A stretch of 64,000 nucleotides of DNA, taken from Octopus vulgaris (Eukaryota). Made by a program: the position numbers and the translations under genes. The notes under the pieces are model-generated. The model did not search any database, was not told the DNA's origin, and saw nothing but the letters and a program-made list of their open reading frames with translations. Each line of letters starts with the position of its first letter. Within the stretch, counting starts at the first letter, position 1. This document shows positions 24,625 through 37,383 of this stretch, piece after piece. The stretch lies in the NCBI GenBank assembly GCA_951406725.2, contig OX597815.1, positions 208,134,001 to 208,198,000 on the forward strand, in the 5' to 3' direction.

Positions 24625-25345
24625 TAAGCATAGATGTATCTCTGTGGTAACTAGCTTGCTTCCCAATTGTATGGTTCCGGGTTCAGTCCCACGATGCAGC
24701 AACTTTGGCAAGTGTCCTTTACTTTATCCTCGCGAGTGGATTTGGTTGGCAGAAACTGAAAGGCAGCGAGTTGGCAGAAACGTTAGCATGCCAGGCGAAA
24801 TGCCTAGCGGCATTTCGTCTGTTGTTAGGTTCAAAATTCAAATTCCGCTGAGGTCAACTTTGCCTTTCATCCTTTCGGGGTCAATAACTTAAGTACCAGT
24901 TACGCACTGGGGTCGATGTAATCCACTTAATCCCTTTGTCTGTCCTCGTTTGTCCCCTCTGTGTGTAGCCCTTTGTGGGCAATAAAGAAATAAGAAACTG
25001 AAAGAAGCCTGTTGTGTATATATATATATGTATATATATATATATAGTATATATATGAGTGTGTGTGTGTATGTGTGTGAGTGTGTGTGTGTGTGTGTGA
25101 GTGTGTGTGTGTGTAATCGTGTGTGTGTCTTTGTGTCTCTGTTTGTCCTCCACTACTACTTGACGACCGGTGTTGGTTTGTTTATGTTCATATAACTTAA
25201 TGGTTCAGCAAAAAATGAGACCAATAGCACAAGTGTCATGCTTAAAAACAAAAAAGTCCTGGGGGTTGATTCATTCCACTAAAATATATAAGGCAGGACC
25301 CCAGCATGGCTGCAGTGAAATGACAGAAGCAACTAAAAGATAAAA
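24625..25345 (+). mobile_element. SINE family A, older copy interrupted by a family B SINE
   Basis: Head (gtggtaactagcttgct...gggttcagtccc) and body resume after the insertion at gaaactgaaagaagcc; tail ccagcatggctgcagtgaaatgac. Confidence 0.75.
24763..24992 (+). mobile_element. SINE family B, full length
   Basis: 12-bp TSD AGAAACTGAAAG (24751-24762, 24993-25004); gagttggcagaaacgttagc...ttcaaattcc...ggtcaactttgcctttcatcc...aataaagaaata. Confidence 0.9.
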
Positions 25346-25430
25346 GATTGTGGAAGTGTAAAAAGAGATTTACAGGTGAGGAGATAAAATGTTATGATAA
25401 TCCTGCAATTTTGTAGTTATGATTAGTATA

Positions 25431-25664
25431 TATTTCTTTATTGCCCACAAGGGGCTAAACACAGAGGGGACAAACAAGGACAGACAAAGGGATTAAGTCG
25501 CTTACATCGACCCCCAGTTCGAAACTGGTACTTTATTTATCGACCCCGAAAGGATGAAAGGCAAAGTCGACCTCGGCGGAATTTGAACTGAGAACGTAAC
25601 GACAGATGAAATACCGCTAAGCATTTCGCCTGGCATGCTAACGTTTCTGCCAGCTCACCACCTT
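25431..25664 (-). mobile_element. SINE family B, full length
   Basis: 22-bp TSD TTTTG(T/C)AGTTATGATTAGTATA (25409-25430, 25665-25686); reverse complement of the 24763-24992 copy. Confidence 0.9.
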
Positions 25665-26702
25665 TTTTGCAGTTATGATTAGTATAACAATAATGATATA
25701 CAGCCGTTAGATCAACACCTTATATCCTTTGACATTTTACTTTCATATACTACCTTGTTATAGCTTATATTTTTATTTTTTCCCCTTCACCTGTTGATAT
25801 CTGGCTGCACTGCAGCAATATTTTTGTTTACTCCACAAAATATACAAACCAAAACCAGTCTGATCTTAAGTAACATTATCAGAATGTAGTTTTCTATGGA
25901 TGACATGCAAATATACAGAAGTTAATGACTTCACTTGATCAATGTTTGTGCTATGTGCTATGTTCCTATTGATCGGACATCTTACGAAGTTTCAAACACA
26001 TTGACATAAAATTAACGGTAGACATCTGTTTTTCTTTTTTTGTTTTTTTTTTTTGTTTTTTTTTTTTTTTTGTCTTTTGCAAAGATATCAATCCAACATT
26101 TATATGATCACTCAGCCTGTGAGATGTAGATGAAAAATCTCACACAAATTCTGTTTCAAAAGGAAGGAGAGAAAATTCTCATTCATATCCTGCTCAGTCA
26201 GGAGGGACAAATCTAATTAATGTAGACTCTTTGGTTTATTATAGCTGGTAAAAAAAAAAAAAACAGAAAAAGGAAAGAAAAATGAGATGACCATTGTTGG
26301 AGAAGCTTTAATCATAAGCCTCCTTAACCACGGCTGACCTAAGGCTAAACAAAACTAGGAATAACTAAAATATATACTTGAAATAAGAAAATGTGCTTAA
26401 AAACTACTCTTCAGTCACTGTAAATCTTAATTCGTTTTATTTTCTCTTAAGAAGTGCAGGAAGTTGTGCAGACAGGGCTGTGCTGTAAAGAAGCTTGTTC
26501 CTCAGCCACATGGTTCTAAGTTCAGTCCTATGGCATGGAATCTTGGGCAAGTTTCTTCTGCTATAGCCCTGGGGTCAACCAAAGCCTTGTGAGTGAATTT
26601 GGTTGATGAAAACCGAAAGAAGATATTGTATCAGTATTTTCAGGTATACATGTGTATGTGAGTGTGTGTGTGTTTGTGTGTCCTTGCCTTGGTATTGCGA
26701 GA

Positions 26703-26768
<66 letters not shown>

Positions 26769-26804
26769 TGTGTGTTTGTGTCTCCTTGCCTTGGTATTGC
26801 GAGA

Positions 26805-26848
<44 letters not shown>

Positions 26849-27746
26849 ACTATCAAACAAGCAGTGCCACTCATTTCCAATATTCAGCGAGAACATGTCT
26901 GGCTATGGGAAAATATTACCTTACATGAAGACAAGTGAGGATTAGTGATGGGAAGAGCATCCAGCTGTGGAAAATCTACCTCAAATATACTCCATCCAAC
27001 CCATGCAAACATTAAAAAGTGAACATTAAACCAACGATGTTGATGAACATCATATCATAATAAATATAATGAAGTTTTTTTTATTATTTTATCATTTCTG
27101 ATGTTTAAAAGCCTGTTCTCTACTTTGAAAGGAAATTAATTCTTTTAAAATATATACATATCTTTTGTTTTCAGATTAGCAGGATGCTACCATCTTATGA
27201 TCTCAAGATGTTGCTGACTAAATGGTAACCAAGATATCGTTCAAATTTATTTTATCAAATTCAAACGATATGAGATTAACTTGACCTTGGAAGGATTTGA
27301 ACTCAGAATGTAGAATTACCGAAGTAAATACCACAATGAACCATTTAATCTTATGCAATGATGCTTCTCCATCTCCAGAATTTCTTTTTGAAGCAAAAAT
27401 AATAAAATGACAAAATGAGAGAAGGAAATAGAGAAATACCATTTACTTAGTTGATGTGAGTCACATAATCTTTTAAAATCAAGAACAGAAAACAACAACC
27501 ACCTTTATAATTCCAGTGGTATTTAAAATGTACATGTGTGTGTGTGCATGCATATACATATATTCACATGTATGTACGTATACACACACATACATACACT
27601 TTTATGTGCGTATACACACATATATATACATATACATACATACACATGCACATATACACACACATATATATTCATACACACACACACATGTATACACACA
27701 TAAGTATATACATATACATACATTCACATATATGTATGTATACATA

Positions 27747-27788
<42 letters not shown>

Positions 27789-28321
27789 CACACATATACA
27801 CACATACATATGTGTGTATATCTATCTAGCTAGCTAGCTATATATATATATACACATAGATATATACATATAATTATGTGTATGAGTGTGTGAGTATGTG
27901 TGCATGTGTGTGTGTGTCTGTGCCTGTATGTATCTGTGTATACACACAAATGGGATAAGAATAACTTGTGATAGATGCAGAATACATTGTGACTCTATAC
28001 TTAGAAATACAGTTTTGAAATGAATAAAAATGTTTCCATTTCTTTAGTTGTATTTTTATATCTTAGTCAGATGAAGAATAGCAGACCTTTTGACCTTTTG
28101 CAGAGCCTCTCAGGTGGAACGATGGGAGAAAATAACCTTGGATCAAATCCTCGCAGCAGATTTTATCTTTAATAAAAGCACTTGAGAGCATGGTGGTGGA
28201 AGTGATATTAAATCAGTATGGTGGATCCAAATTATGTATGCATAACCATACAAACAGTTATGCATAAAACACAAACACACAAATAAGTTTATTTATGTAT
28301 GTATGTATGTATGTATGTTTG

Positions 28322-28636
28322 ATGACTGGCACCTGTGCCAGTGGAGCGCTAAGAGCACCATCTGAGCGTGATCACTACCAGAGCAGCTGACTGGCTTCTG
28401 TGCTGGTGGCACGTAAAATGCACCATTCAAACGTGATCGTTACCAGTGTCGCCCTATTGGCACTTGTGCCAGTGGCACGTGAAAAACAGTCGAGCGAGGT
28501 CATTGCCAGGGCTGCTGGACTAGTTCCTGTGCAGGTGGCATGTAAATAAACACACCTTGAGTTTGGCTGTTGCCAGTACTACCTGACTGGCCCTCCTGCC
28601 AGTGGCACATAAAAGCACCCACTACACTCTCAGAGT
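28322..28636 (+). mobile_element. Family C 5' part: array of ~5 diverged ~60-bp units
   Basis: Repeats of tg(c)cagtggcacgtaaaa-gcacc, ending in cacccactacactctcagagt as in other family C copies; the 3' body is absent. Confidence 0.7.
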
Positions 28637-29183
28637 TCTTGCACAATAAATACATAATCATAGGTTTTTTGTAAGTGCTACTGGTCGAAAGCTCCACATA
28701 CCGGATGCTAGCATGTTTATGAGGTCATCGAGAGAGAGCGTAGGCCATTGCAGGACCTACCTCTCAAAGGCATCATTGCACACTGGCCCCACTCGAAATG
28801 AAGCTCCACTTGTTAGATCAACTGGTTATCAGGTTTTGTTCAGTATTCTTCTAGCCATTGCTCAATGTCTCTTTTTAACCAATTCCAGTGGCTTGGATAT
28901 TGCTCGTGGTCATATTTGGTTTAGGACGAGTTAGACCTAATGATAACAACAGTCGCCTTATACACACACACTTTTACTCGTTTCAGTCATTGGACTGTGG
29001 CAATGCTGGGGCATGAATGAACCCCAGTGCTTATTGTTAAGTACTAATACTTTGTCTATCAGCCTCTTTTGCCACCCCGCTAAGTTACAAGGATTAAAAC
29101 AAGCAGAGGCAGGAGACAAACACAAAGACACACAGAATTATACATACACACATATATATATATATATTTACATATATATATAT

Positions 29184-29490
29184 CACTGTGATCACTGTGA
29201 CTGACCAGACTATCAGATGTTGCTACAAATCGCTGGTCACAATACGCTTCGCATTGTTTTAGCCTTCAAATGATGTCACCCCGCTGGCTAAGCAAGCAGG
29301 CCAACGGAAGAAAGAGTGAGAGAAAGTTGTGGTGAAAGAGTACAACAGGGAGCTCCACCACCCCCTGCCGGAGCCTCGTGGAGCTTTAGGTGTTTTTGCT
29401 CAATAAACACACACAATGCCTGGTCTAGGAATCGAAACCACGATCCTACAGCCGCGAGTCCACTACCCTAACAACGGGCCATTGTGCCTC

Positions 29491-29492
<2 letters not shown>
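29184..29492 (-). mobile_element. tRNA-derived SINE, family D variant
   Basis: Minus head ggaggcacaatggcccgttgttagggtag...ggttTcgattcc; body shared with 53697-54081 but a different 3' module. Confidence 0.8.
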
Positions 29493-29536
<44 letters not shown>

Positions 29537-29638
29537 GCAAAATCAATTAGGATTCAAAAGAATTCAAATGAATATGGTACTTAACTTAGATGCACCAAGA
29601 TTCTTTATGGTATTAACCATAAAATTATGTGGGGTGAT

Positions 29639-29699
29639 TATAACCAAGGAAAAAAGCAACAAGAATGGATCGATCCATTCTTGTTGCTTTTTCCCTTGG

Positions 29700-29704
<5 letters not shown>
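29639..29704. repeat. 66-bp spacerless palindrome
   Basis: TATAACCAAGGAAAAAAGCAACAAGAATGGATC|GATCCATTCTTGTTGCTTTTTCCCTTGGTTATA, 1 mismatch. Confidence 0.95.
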
Positions 29705-29747
<43 letters not shown>

Positions 29748-29748
<1 letters not shown>

Positions 29749-29976
29749 ACAGGCTTCTTTCAGTTTCCATCCACCAAATCCACTCACAAGAGTGCAGAAC
29801 TAGAGTAGAAAACACTTGGCTAAGATATATATATATATCATCATCATCGTTTAACGTCCGCTGATGATGATGATGATGATGATGATGATATATATATATC
29901 TTAGCCAAGTGTTTTCTACTCTAGCTCTGCACTCTTGTGAGTGGATTTGGTGGATCGAAACTGAAAGAAGTCTGTT
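29748..29976. repeat. ~100-bp-arm local inverted duplication of a SINE A fragment
   Basis: 29748-29847 vs ~29879-29976 with about 3 differences; centre contains the family C tail gtttaacgtccgc. Confidence 0.9.
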
Positions 29977-30119
29977 GTATATATATATATATATATATTT
30001 TAAACAGTAGAAACTAGTTTTTGCAATTTCCAGTTTGAGACACAAAAACAGTAAATCTTCGCCTCCTCATCACGCATGCAAATTTTGGTCTGTAACTACT
30101 GAGATATATTTTGGGAGGA

Positions 30120-31250
30120 AATCAGTAGAGCATCATTCCCTTGACGGTTTTATTATCAGTCCCTCAGTCTCTTCATAGAGACACGAGTAGCAGGAAGAAG
30201 AATCCATAGCAGAATATGTCTTGTGCCGACTCTTTTACAAATAATAAATCAGTATTACTTTCTAGATGCCTGTCCAATTTCTTTATATTAAAAACCCTCA
30301 TGCATTCGATGTCCAGTAATAAATTCTATAGTAATCTGGATCTGAAAGCTGCACACAATCATATTCCATTCCAAGGTTCACAATAAGAGATATACTGCAT
30401 TTAAAGCTTATGGACACTTATTCCAGTTTACACGATTACATTTTAGCTTGACTAATGCTCTAAGTATCTTTCAAGGAGTGATGGATGACATAATTACTGA
30501 CAATAATATCAAAGGAGTTTAGGCCGACTCCAACGATGTTATATTGTCGTTGGGAAAACTATTAAGGATCATAATAAGAACTTGGCTAAATTTATTCCAG
30601 TTATTAAAAGACTCAACATTGCATTGAACAATGATAAATGTTTTCTCCACCAAACATCCATTTGTAACCTAGGATACAAAATAGAAAATAATTCTCTGTA
30701 ACCTAACCTGGAATGATGGAAACCCTTTGTGATTGATTACTTAATGCGTTGCAATGCTAAACAGCGATGACTATAGGTTTGTTTGGTTACTACACTAAAT
30801 GAGCATTTCCATTCTTGGAATGAATTCAATCTTTACTAAATTCTACATTTCTGTTGCAAAAAAGACACCTAAATGTTATTCACCTGTTTAAAGCATCAAT
30901 AATTAATGCCTCTTTCTCACCTGTTCTTATCTAAAGTTTCATTACTTGTAGAAACTGATGCTTCTGGAACAACAATTTCAGGTGTCCTTTTGCAGCATAA
31001 TAAACCTGTCATCTTCTCTAGAACTCTTTCTCGGCCAGAACAAAATCTCTTATTAATTGAAAAGAAGAATATGGCTATCACAGGAAGAATGAGAAAATGG
31101 TGAGCTATTTTATTTTGATGCTATTTTCCATTACGCACAGAATGAAGAATAAAATTCTTCATTGGCAGGTAGAATTATCACCCTGCAATTATGACACCTA
31201 ATCCATACTTAGCAAAGATAATACAACCACCAATGCCCTTACCAGCGTTC
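30120..31250 (+). pseudogene. Ty3/Gypsy LTR retrotransposon pol remnant (RT + RNase H)
   Basis: LDLKAAH; YTAFKAYGHLFQFTRLHFSLTNALSIFQGVMDDII; GKTIKDHNKNL..LNNDKC..NLGYKI; VETDASGTTISGVLLQHNKPVIFSRTL..IEK; ILHWQVELS..KDN. Many stops and frameshifts; YxDD is destroyed. Confidence 0.9.
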
Positions 31251-31485
31251 CATAACAACACTGCCTCAAATCAAAGATCCCTGTATTTTTCAATCACTCA
31301 GGTAGCAGTTTGGGTGTTATACCAAGTATTATTACTCAGACTAAAACAACACCGTACCATCTTACTGGAAACATTCATTTAGATTGCCTACTTATTTAAG
31401 AAAGATGCCAGAACTATGACAAAGGAAATATGACAAAGGCATTAGGGATATCTCTCCATGCATTTAACTATCTCCTTTACAATAT

Positions 31486-31810
31486 GTGAAGGTGCGTCAC
31501 TTAGTGGTTGGGGCATTCGGCTCACGATTGTAAGGTCGTGAGTTCGATTCCTGGCTATGTGTTGTGACCTTGAGCAAGACACTTTATTTCACGTTGCTCC
31601 AGTCCACTCAGCTGGCAAAAATGAGTAGTACCTGTATTTCAAAGGGTCAGCCTTGTCACACTCTGTGTCACGCTGAATCTCCCTGAGAACTACATTAGGG
31701 GTACGCGTGTCTGTGGATTGCTCAGTCACTTGCACGTTAATTTCACGAGCAAGGTGTTCCGTTGATCGTATCAGCTGGGACCCTCGTCGTCGTAACCGAC
31801 AGAGTGCTCC
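31486..31810 (+). mobile_element. tRNA-derived SINE family D
   Basis: Head with B-box GAGTTCGATTCC, central ccttgagcaagacactttatttcacgttgctccagtccactcagctg; TSD TTACAATAT (31477-31485, 31811-31819). Confidence 0.88.
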
Positions 31811-32137
31811 TTACAATATAACAAACCTTATACCTGATGAAAAGCTGTAAATCACTTGTCAGTGGAACAGTCTTTACCAGGATATCTATTAGAACACGAA
31901 GAAGTTTTACCTAAAAGTTTGAACCCTTATAGTAAATATGAGCCAAAGGTAAGTCACTCAAAGTCACATCAAACTGACTGTTGCTACATTTTCATCACTA
32001 GACTCTCATCAAATTCATAGATGTCTAATCTGTGTATTATCTATATGCATGAGAATACATAAAATACATATACATATATACATATGTATATATACATAAA
32101 ATATATAATAATATATACATAAACTATACAAATCTGC

Positions 32138-32172
<35 letters not shown>

Positions 32173-33493
32173 CATACATACATACATACATACAAACAAA
32201 CAAAAATACCTTGTTGTTGATGTTGAAATTCCAATGGAGGAGCCTTGGATCTAGGTTAGAAACCGGTTCTTTCTCTATTGGCAAGAAATCTTGAAATAAA
32301 CTGAATAATGACACACATACATAGGTGAAGCCTTGGCTATTTGGTGTAGCTGTGCTGTGGGGTTAAAATGCAGGGAAGCATTCCCAGTCATGTGGTCTCA
32401 GGTTCAGTTCCACTGCAATATACCTTGAGCAAGTATCTTCTTTTATAGCCCTAAACTAACTAAAGTCTTGTAAGTGAGTTCTTTTGATGGAAATGAGAAG
32501 AAACCCCTAATAAATATATATTTCATTATCCTCATCATTTAACATCTGTTTTCCATGCTGGCATGGGTAGGACAATTTGACAGGGAACCGGCAAGCTGCA
32601 GGACTGTGTCAAGACCCAGTGTCATCCTTGACCCAGCTTCTATGACTGGATGCCCTTCCTAATGTGTGGTGTGGTCCTTTTTCAGGTCTGTGTTTTGCAT
32701 GTACCCTTGTCTTACTTTGTGAATCTCCTTGTCATGTTATGGATATAAAATCATCACACAAACAATCTGGTTCGTTTCCAGTCTTCTGTGAAAGACATAT
32801 CTAGCAGTAAGGAAATAATATGTTGCTTGGAATCAGGTGAGGGCTGATGACATTAAAAGTATCCACCTGTAGAAAATCTGCATTAATGACTTCTGCCCGA
32901 CCCATGCAAGCATGAAAAAGTGGACATTAAATGATGAATATTATATATACACATATATACATACCTATGTAGACATATATGTATTTGTGTACATATATCA
33001 CTCACTCGTACACACACACTCACAAAATAAATATGCATGAATATTACTCCAGAAAGAATTCTACACTCTTTTGAAAAGTATATCAAACAGGTAAATGCAA
33101 ACAATATTTAATTTATGGTTGAATGCTTGTCTTAGTTATCTGTTTTATAATGTACAGAAATAAATTTATGTTAATGCTTGAGTTTGCAAAACCATTCAAC
33201 CTCTGACAATGTTGCGGAGGGAAAAAGAAAAACAACAGCAAGTATACAGAGGACATCTGCTCAGACACACACTCACGACCACACATCTAGACAAGTTAAC
33301 ATGCACATGCACACAAGTGCACACAAGCACACCTTTATGTCACACACAAATACACACACAATCAAATATTTGAGATGTACATTAAATAACAAGAGAAATG
33401 TGAATACAATAAAGAAGGTGAGACAAAAAGGTAGATAAATTGATAGGTAAATGTATAAATATGAAATATACATATATATATATAGATAGATAA

Positions 33494-33547
<54 letters not shown>

Positions 33548-34063
33548 AGAAAGAGAGAGAGAAAGAGTGAGAAAGAGAGAGAGAAAGAGAGAGAGATCAA
33601 AATCAACAACAATATTGATTTGTAGCCTTAGCAGAAGGCCACAGATTTTTTACAGAGGTAACAATTGATTAAGTGGATCCTGGTCATTTAGCGTTTAGCA
33701 GCAATTCATTTCAAGTCCTTCACACGAACAACAAAATGAATTAAGATATAAAACTCAAATTTGACCCCTACCCCACTCATCACCATTTTAGGTGTTGGAA
33801 ACTAAGCTATCACATATTACTTAATTAAAGTGTTAATTAGGGCTTAATTGTCATCATAAACAAATAACAGTCGGACATCATTATAGAAATGTTAAAGTAA
33901 TCTCCCTCAAATTATATTTCACAGTCTTCAGAAATGGTCTACAAGTATATATGCTTGTAGACACACACACACACCTACACACACATCTCCAACCATAGAA
34001 ACCATGTCTCAACAGACAGCTGGACTCTGGACAGCTCCCTGCTAGCCATATCAATGTCAAACC

Positions 34064-34288
34064 TATTTCTTTACTACCCACAGGGGGCTAAACACAGAGG
34101 TGACAAACAAGGACAGACAAACGGATTAAGTCGATTACATCGACCCCAGTGCGTAACTGGTACTTAATTTATCGACCCTGAAAGGATGAAAGGCAAAGTC
34201 GACCTCGGCGGAATTCGAACTCACAACGTAACGCAGATGAAATACCGCTAAGCATTTCGCCTGGCGTGCTAACGTTTCTGCCAGCTCG
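34064..34288 (-). mobile_element. SINE family B nested in a family C fragment
   Basis: Full family B reverse complement; flanks resume the family C tail (...cagcctggaaagcagacatcaaacgatg). Confidence 0.88.
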
Positions 34289-34502
34289 TCCAAACCATAC
34301 CAGCCTGGAAAGCAGACATCAAACGATGGTGACGATGATGAAATATGTAAAAGCACATGACTTAATGGTTAAGGTGTTGCACTCATGATTGTGGTTTCAA
34401 TTCCCAGACCGGTCATTGCATTGTGTTCTTAAGGAAAATACTTCACTTCAGTTCGCTCTGCAATTGCTTTGACATCCAACATGTGGCACACCCATACACC
34501 TC

Positions 34503-34910
34503 TCTTTTACTCTCTCTTTTACTTGTTTCAGTCATTTGACTGCGGCCATGCTGGAGCACCGCCTTTAATCGAGCAACTCAACCCTGGGACTTATTCTTTT
34601 GTAAGCCCAGTACTTATTCTATCGGTCTCTTTTTGCCAAACCGCTAAGTAACGGGGACGTAAACACACCAGCATCGGTTGTCAAGCAATGCTAGGGGGAC
34701 AAACACAGACACACAAACACACACATATATATATATATATATATACATACATATATACGACAGGCTTCTTTCAGTTTCCGTCTACCAAATCCACTCACAA
34801 GGCTTTGGTTGGCCTGAGGCTATAGTAGAAGACACTTGCCCAATGTGCCATGCAGTGGGACTGAACCCAGAACCATGTGGTTGGTAAACAAGCTACTTAC
34901 CACACAGCCA
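34503..34910 (-). mobile_element. SINE family A, full length
   Basis: Complete tail-to-head match to other young copies. Confidence 0.92.
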
Positions 34911-35249
34911 AGGCAATGTTAATTTGATGGAGAGAAGTGAGCTCACAAGCAGCATTGATATGTGAGCACTGTAAATAAATCATCTCCGCTGGTTGCTCAG
35001 CAAGAAGTTGTAGACCCTTAGTCTGTTGTTTAGATGCTCACTATAGAAAACACATGGAAATGCTCAAGTGATTTGAACTTGAACTCCAAAGTTTTTATGG
35101 AGAATTAAGTCCATGGGGTAAAGATTGGCTAAAAGAGAAATCCATGTGAACTGATATGAAGACGGTGATGCAGATAGACATGATTACTTAATTACATGTT
35201 GACATATATCTATCCACATTTCTATTTTTATCTATTTTATGTATATGTA

Positions 35250-36115
35250 CAGGGTGTGGTGCATAAATTGTTGTCTAAGCGGAAAGTGTAACCTCTCAAA
35301 AGAGCTGAGCATCACTCCTGCTCCAGAGTGTCGGCTGGGGGGTGGGTCATTCTGAAAAGCTCCATCTGCGACGATTTCATCTCAATCGAATCCGTGGAAT
35401 AAGTTGCCAGACGAGATGGTGAGGATGCCAACGACCGCCCGGTTCAAAGTCTCCCTTGACCACAAGTGGCCTGAACTCTTTACATGAACACCACCCTGTA
35501 CATAACTCCATGCCCCGCTACATGGCCTTGCTTTTTGCTTTTTGAGCCAAAAAAATTAACTAACTAACAAACTAACTGAAATACTAAAGAGTAAATTTAT
35601 TCAATAAAATCGCCATTGGCTTCAACCACGGCCTCCAGACGACTTCAAAATCTCCTGCAAATCTTCTGGACAGTCTCCTTGTTTAAGTTGGTGGATGCTG
35701 CCATAATCCTTGCCTTCAGTTCATCTTTGGTGTTACAAGGACTTTTGTTGGTCCCTTGCTCAACTGCACTCCACACACAATAATGAAGGGTCTGTAGTCT
35801 GAGAACTTAGGTGGTGGTGCAATCTGGGGAATTAGGGGTGGTGTGGTCGGAGAAATTGCCTGACAGCCATGACTGGGTTCTCCTGCTTGTGTGGCACGGT
35901 GGAGAGTCCTGTTTCCAGAAATAGGGTCTTACTGCAGCTGTCCTCTTGACTTAGGGCAGCACTACCTCCTCCAGGCACTTGATGTAGGCTTCTGTGATAA
36001 GTCTGAGGCCGGGTGAGAAGATGAACGAAGACATAATGTTGCTATCACTAGTGATCACTCCAAACACCATGATGTTGACTGGATGTTTGATTTTTTTTCA
36101 TTCTTGGTACACGTT
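35250..36115 (-). mobile_element. maT/DD37D-like (Tc1/mariner superfamily) transposon remnant
   Basis: TA|CAGGGTG end at 35250. Minus-strand transposase C-half 35597-~36110: KHPVNIMVFGVITSD..FIF..GLRL..YIKCLEEVVLP; WKQDSPPCHTSRRTQSWLSGNFSDHTTPN; NTKDELKARIMAA..RLEAVVEANGDFIE*. The D37D assignment is by resemblance because the third-D region is frameshifted. Confidence 0.8.
35281..35576 (+). mobile_element. CR1-clade LINE 3' end inserted in the maT-like element
   Basis: GHSEKLHLRRFHLNR / PWNKLPDEMVRMPTTARFKVSLDHKWPELFT*; (TAAC)n tail; homologous to 21223-21445. Confidence 0.8.
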
Positions 36116-36454
36116 TTAGGGAGACAGCAAGCCAACAGCTGTTCTGAGTGTTCACCATCCAATCCTGGCAGAAATTTTTCTCATGTGGTTGGAAAGCAAG
36201 CTTCTTACTTCACAGCCACCGACATATATCGTATAGATGGAAGCACATTTCATAACGTAGTCCTAGATACATCTGGATAGCATATCTTCATTAAAACAGC
36301 ATAAGATGTATATGGAATGGCCATGGCTGTAATGCCTTTGATCGTAGGTGTCCTCAGTAAGGGTTGACCTAGTGTTAAACAACAACAGTAGCGACAATAA
36401 TGACAATAACAACAAAAACACCAGTAAAAATATTAGAGAACTTGGGAGAAGGTA

Positions 36455-36844
36455 TACTCTTTTACTCTTTTACTTGTTTCAGTCATTTGACTGCGGCCAT
36501 GCTGGAGCACCGCCTTTAGTCGAGCAACTCGACCCCGGGACTTATTCTTTGTAAGCCCAGTACTTATTCTATCGGTCTCTTTTGCCGAACCGCTAAGTGA
36601 CGGGGACGTAAACACACCAGCATCGGTTGTCAAGCAATGCTAGGGGGACAAACACAGACACATACACACATATATATATATATACATATATACGACAGGC
36701 TTCTTTCAGTTTCTGTCTACCAAATCTACTCACAAGGCATTGGCCAGCCCGGGGCTATAGCAGAGACACTTGCCCAAGATGCCACGCAGTGGGACTGAAC
36801 CCGGAACCATGTGGTTGGTTAGCAAGCTACTTACCACACAGCCA
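36455..36844 (-). mobile_element. SINE family A, full length
   Basis: Complete match to other young copies. Confidence 0.92.
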
Positions 36845-37383
36845 TGATCAAAATTTGCTAGAAATAGCAGCAACACAAGACAACAGTTACATGTGACCTA
36901 TATTTGGTCACACAGTTATGTATTCCTATCTAGATCCTTTTATATCACAGCTGACATATTTATTTTCCAATAAAGACCTTGAGACTTAAAGCATTGTTGT
37001 GTTTCTCTCTCTCTCTCCCTCTGCTGCTCTCCCTCCGCTGCTCTCCCTCCGCTGCCTTCCTTCATTCACAGCTGTTGCATATTGAAAATGATTCATGCTT
37101 TTGTCCTTGTCATTATTGTTGTTAATGATGTTGTTGTTGTTACCTTGATGTGGTTGGTGGTGAATGAAGTAACGGTTATGAAGTCAGTCAAATGGAAGTT
37201 TTTTTTTTTCCCTGTTTTTAGATTGTTTATTTATTCTGTAGTAAGTTTTTGAAATTATATTCTGAAATCATCATCATTGACATCATCATCATCAATACAT
37301 CAGCTCTTTTCCCTGTTGACATGAATTTTGTTGTAATTTTAAATAAAAACTTTGTTGTTTTTTTTTCGTGTTCAATACAGTTT

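Noticed and set aside
31489-31556. tRNA-like sequence
   Set aside because: SINE head with A/B boxes; no intact cloverleaf, and it is continuous with the SINE body.
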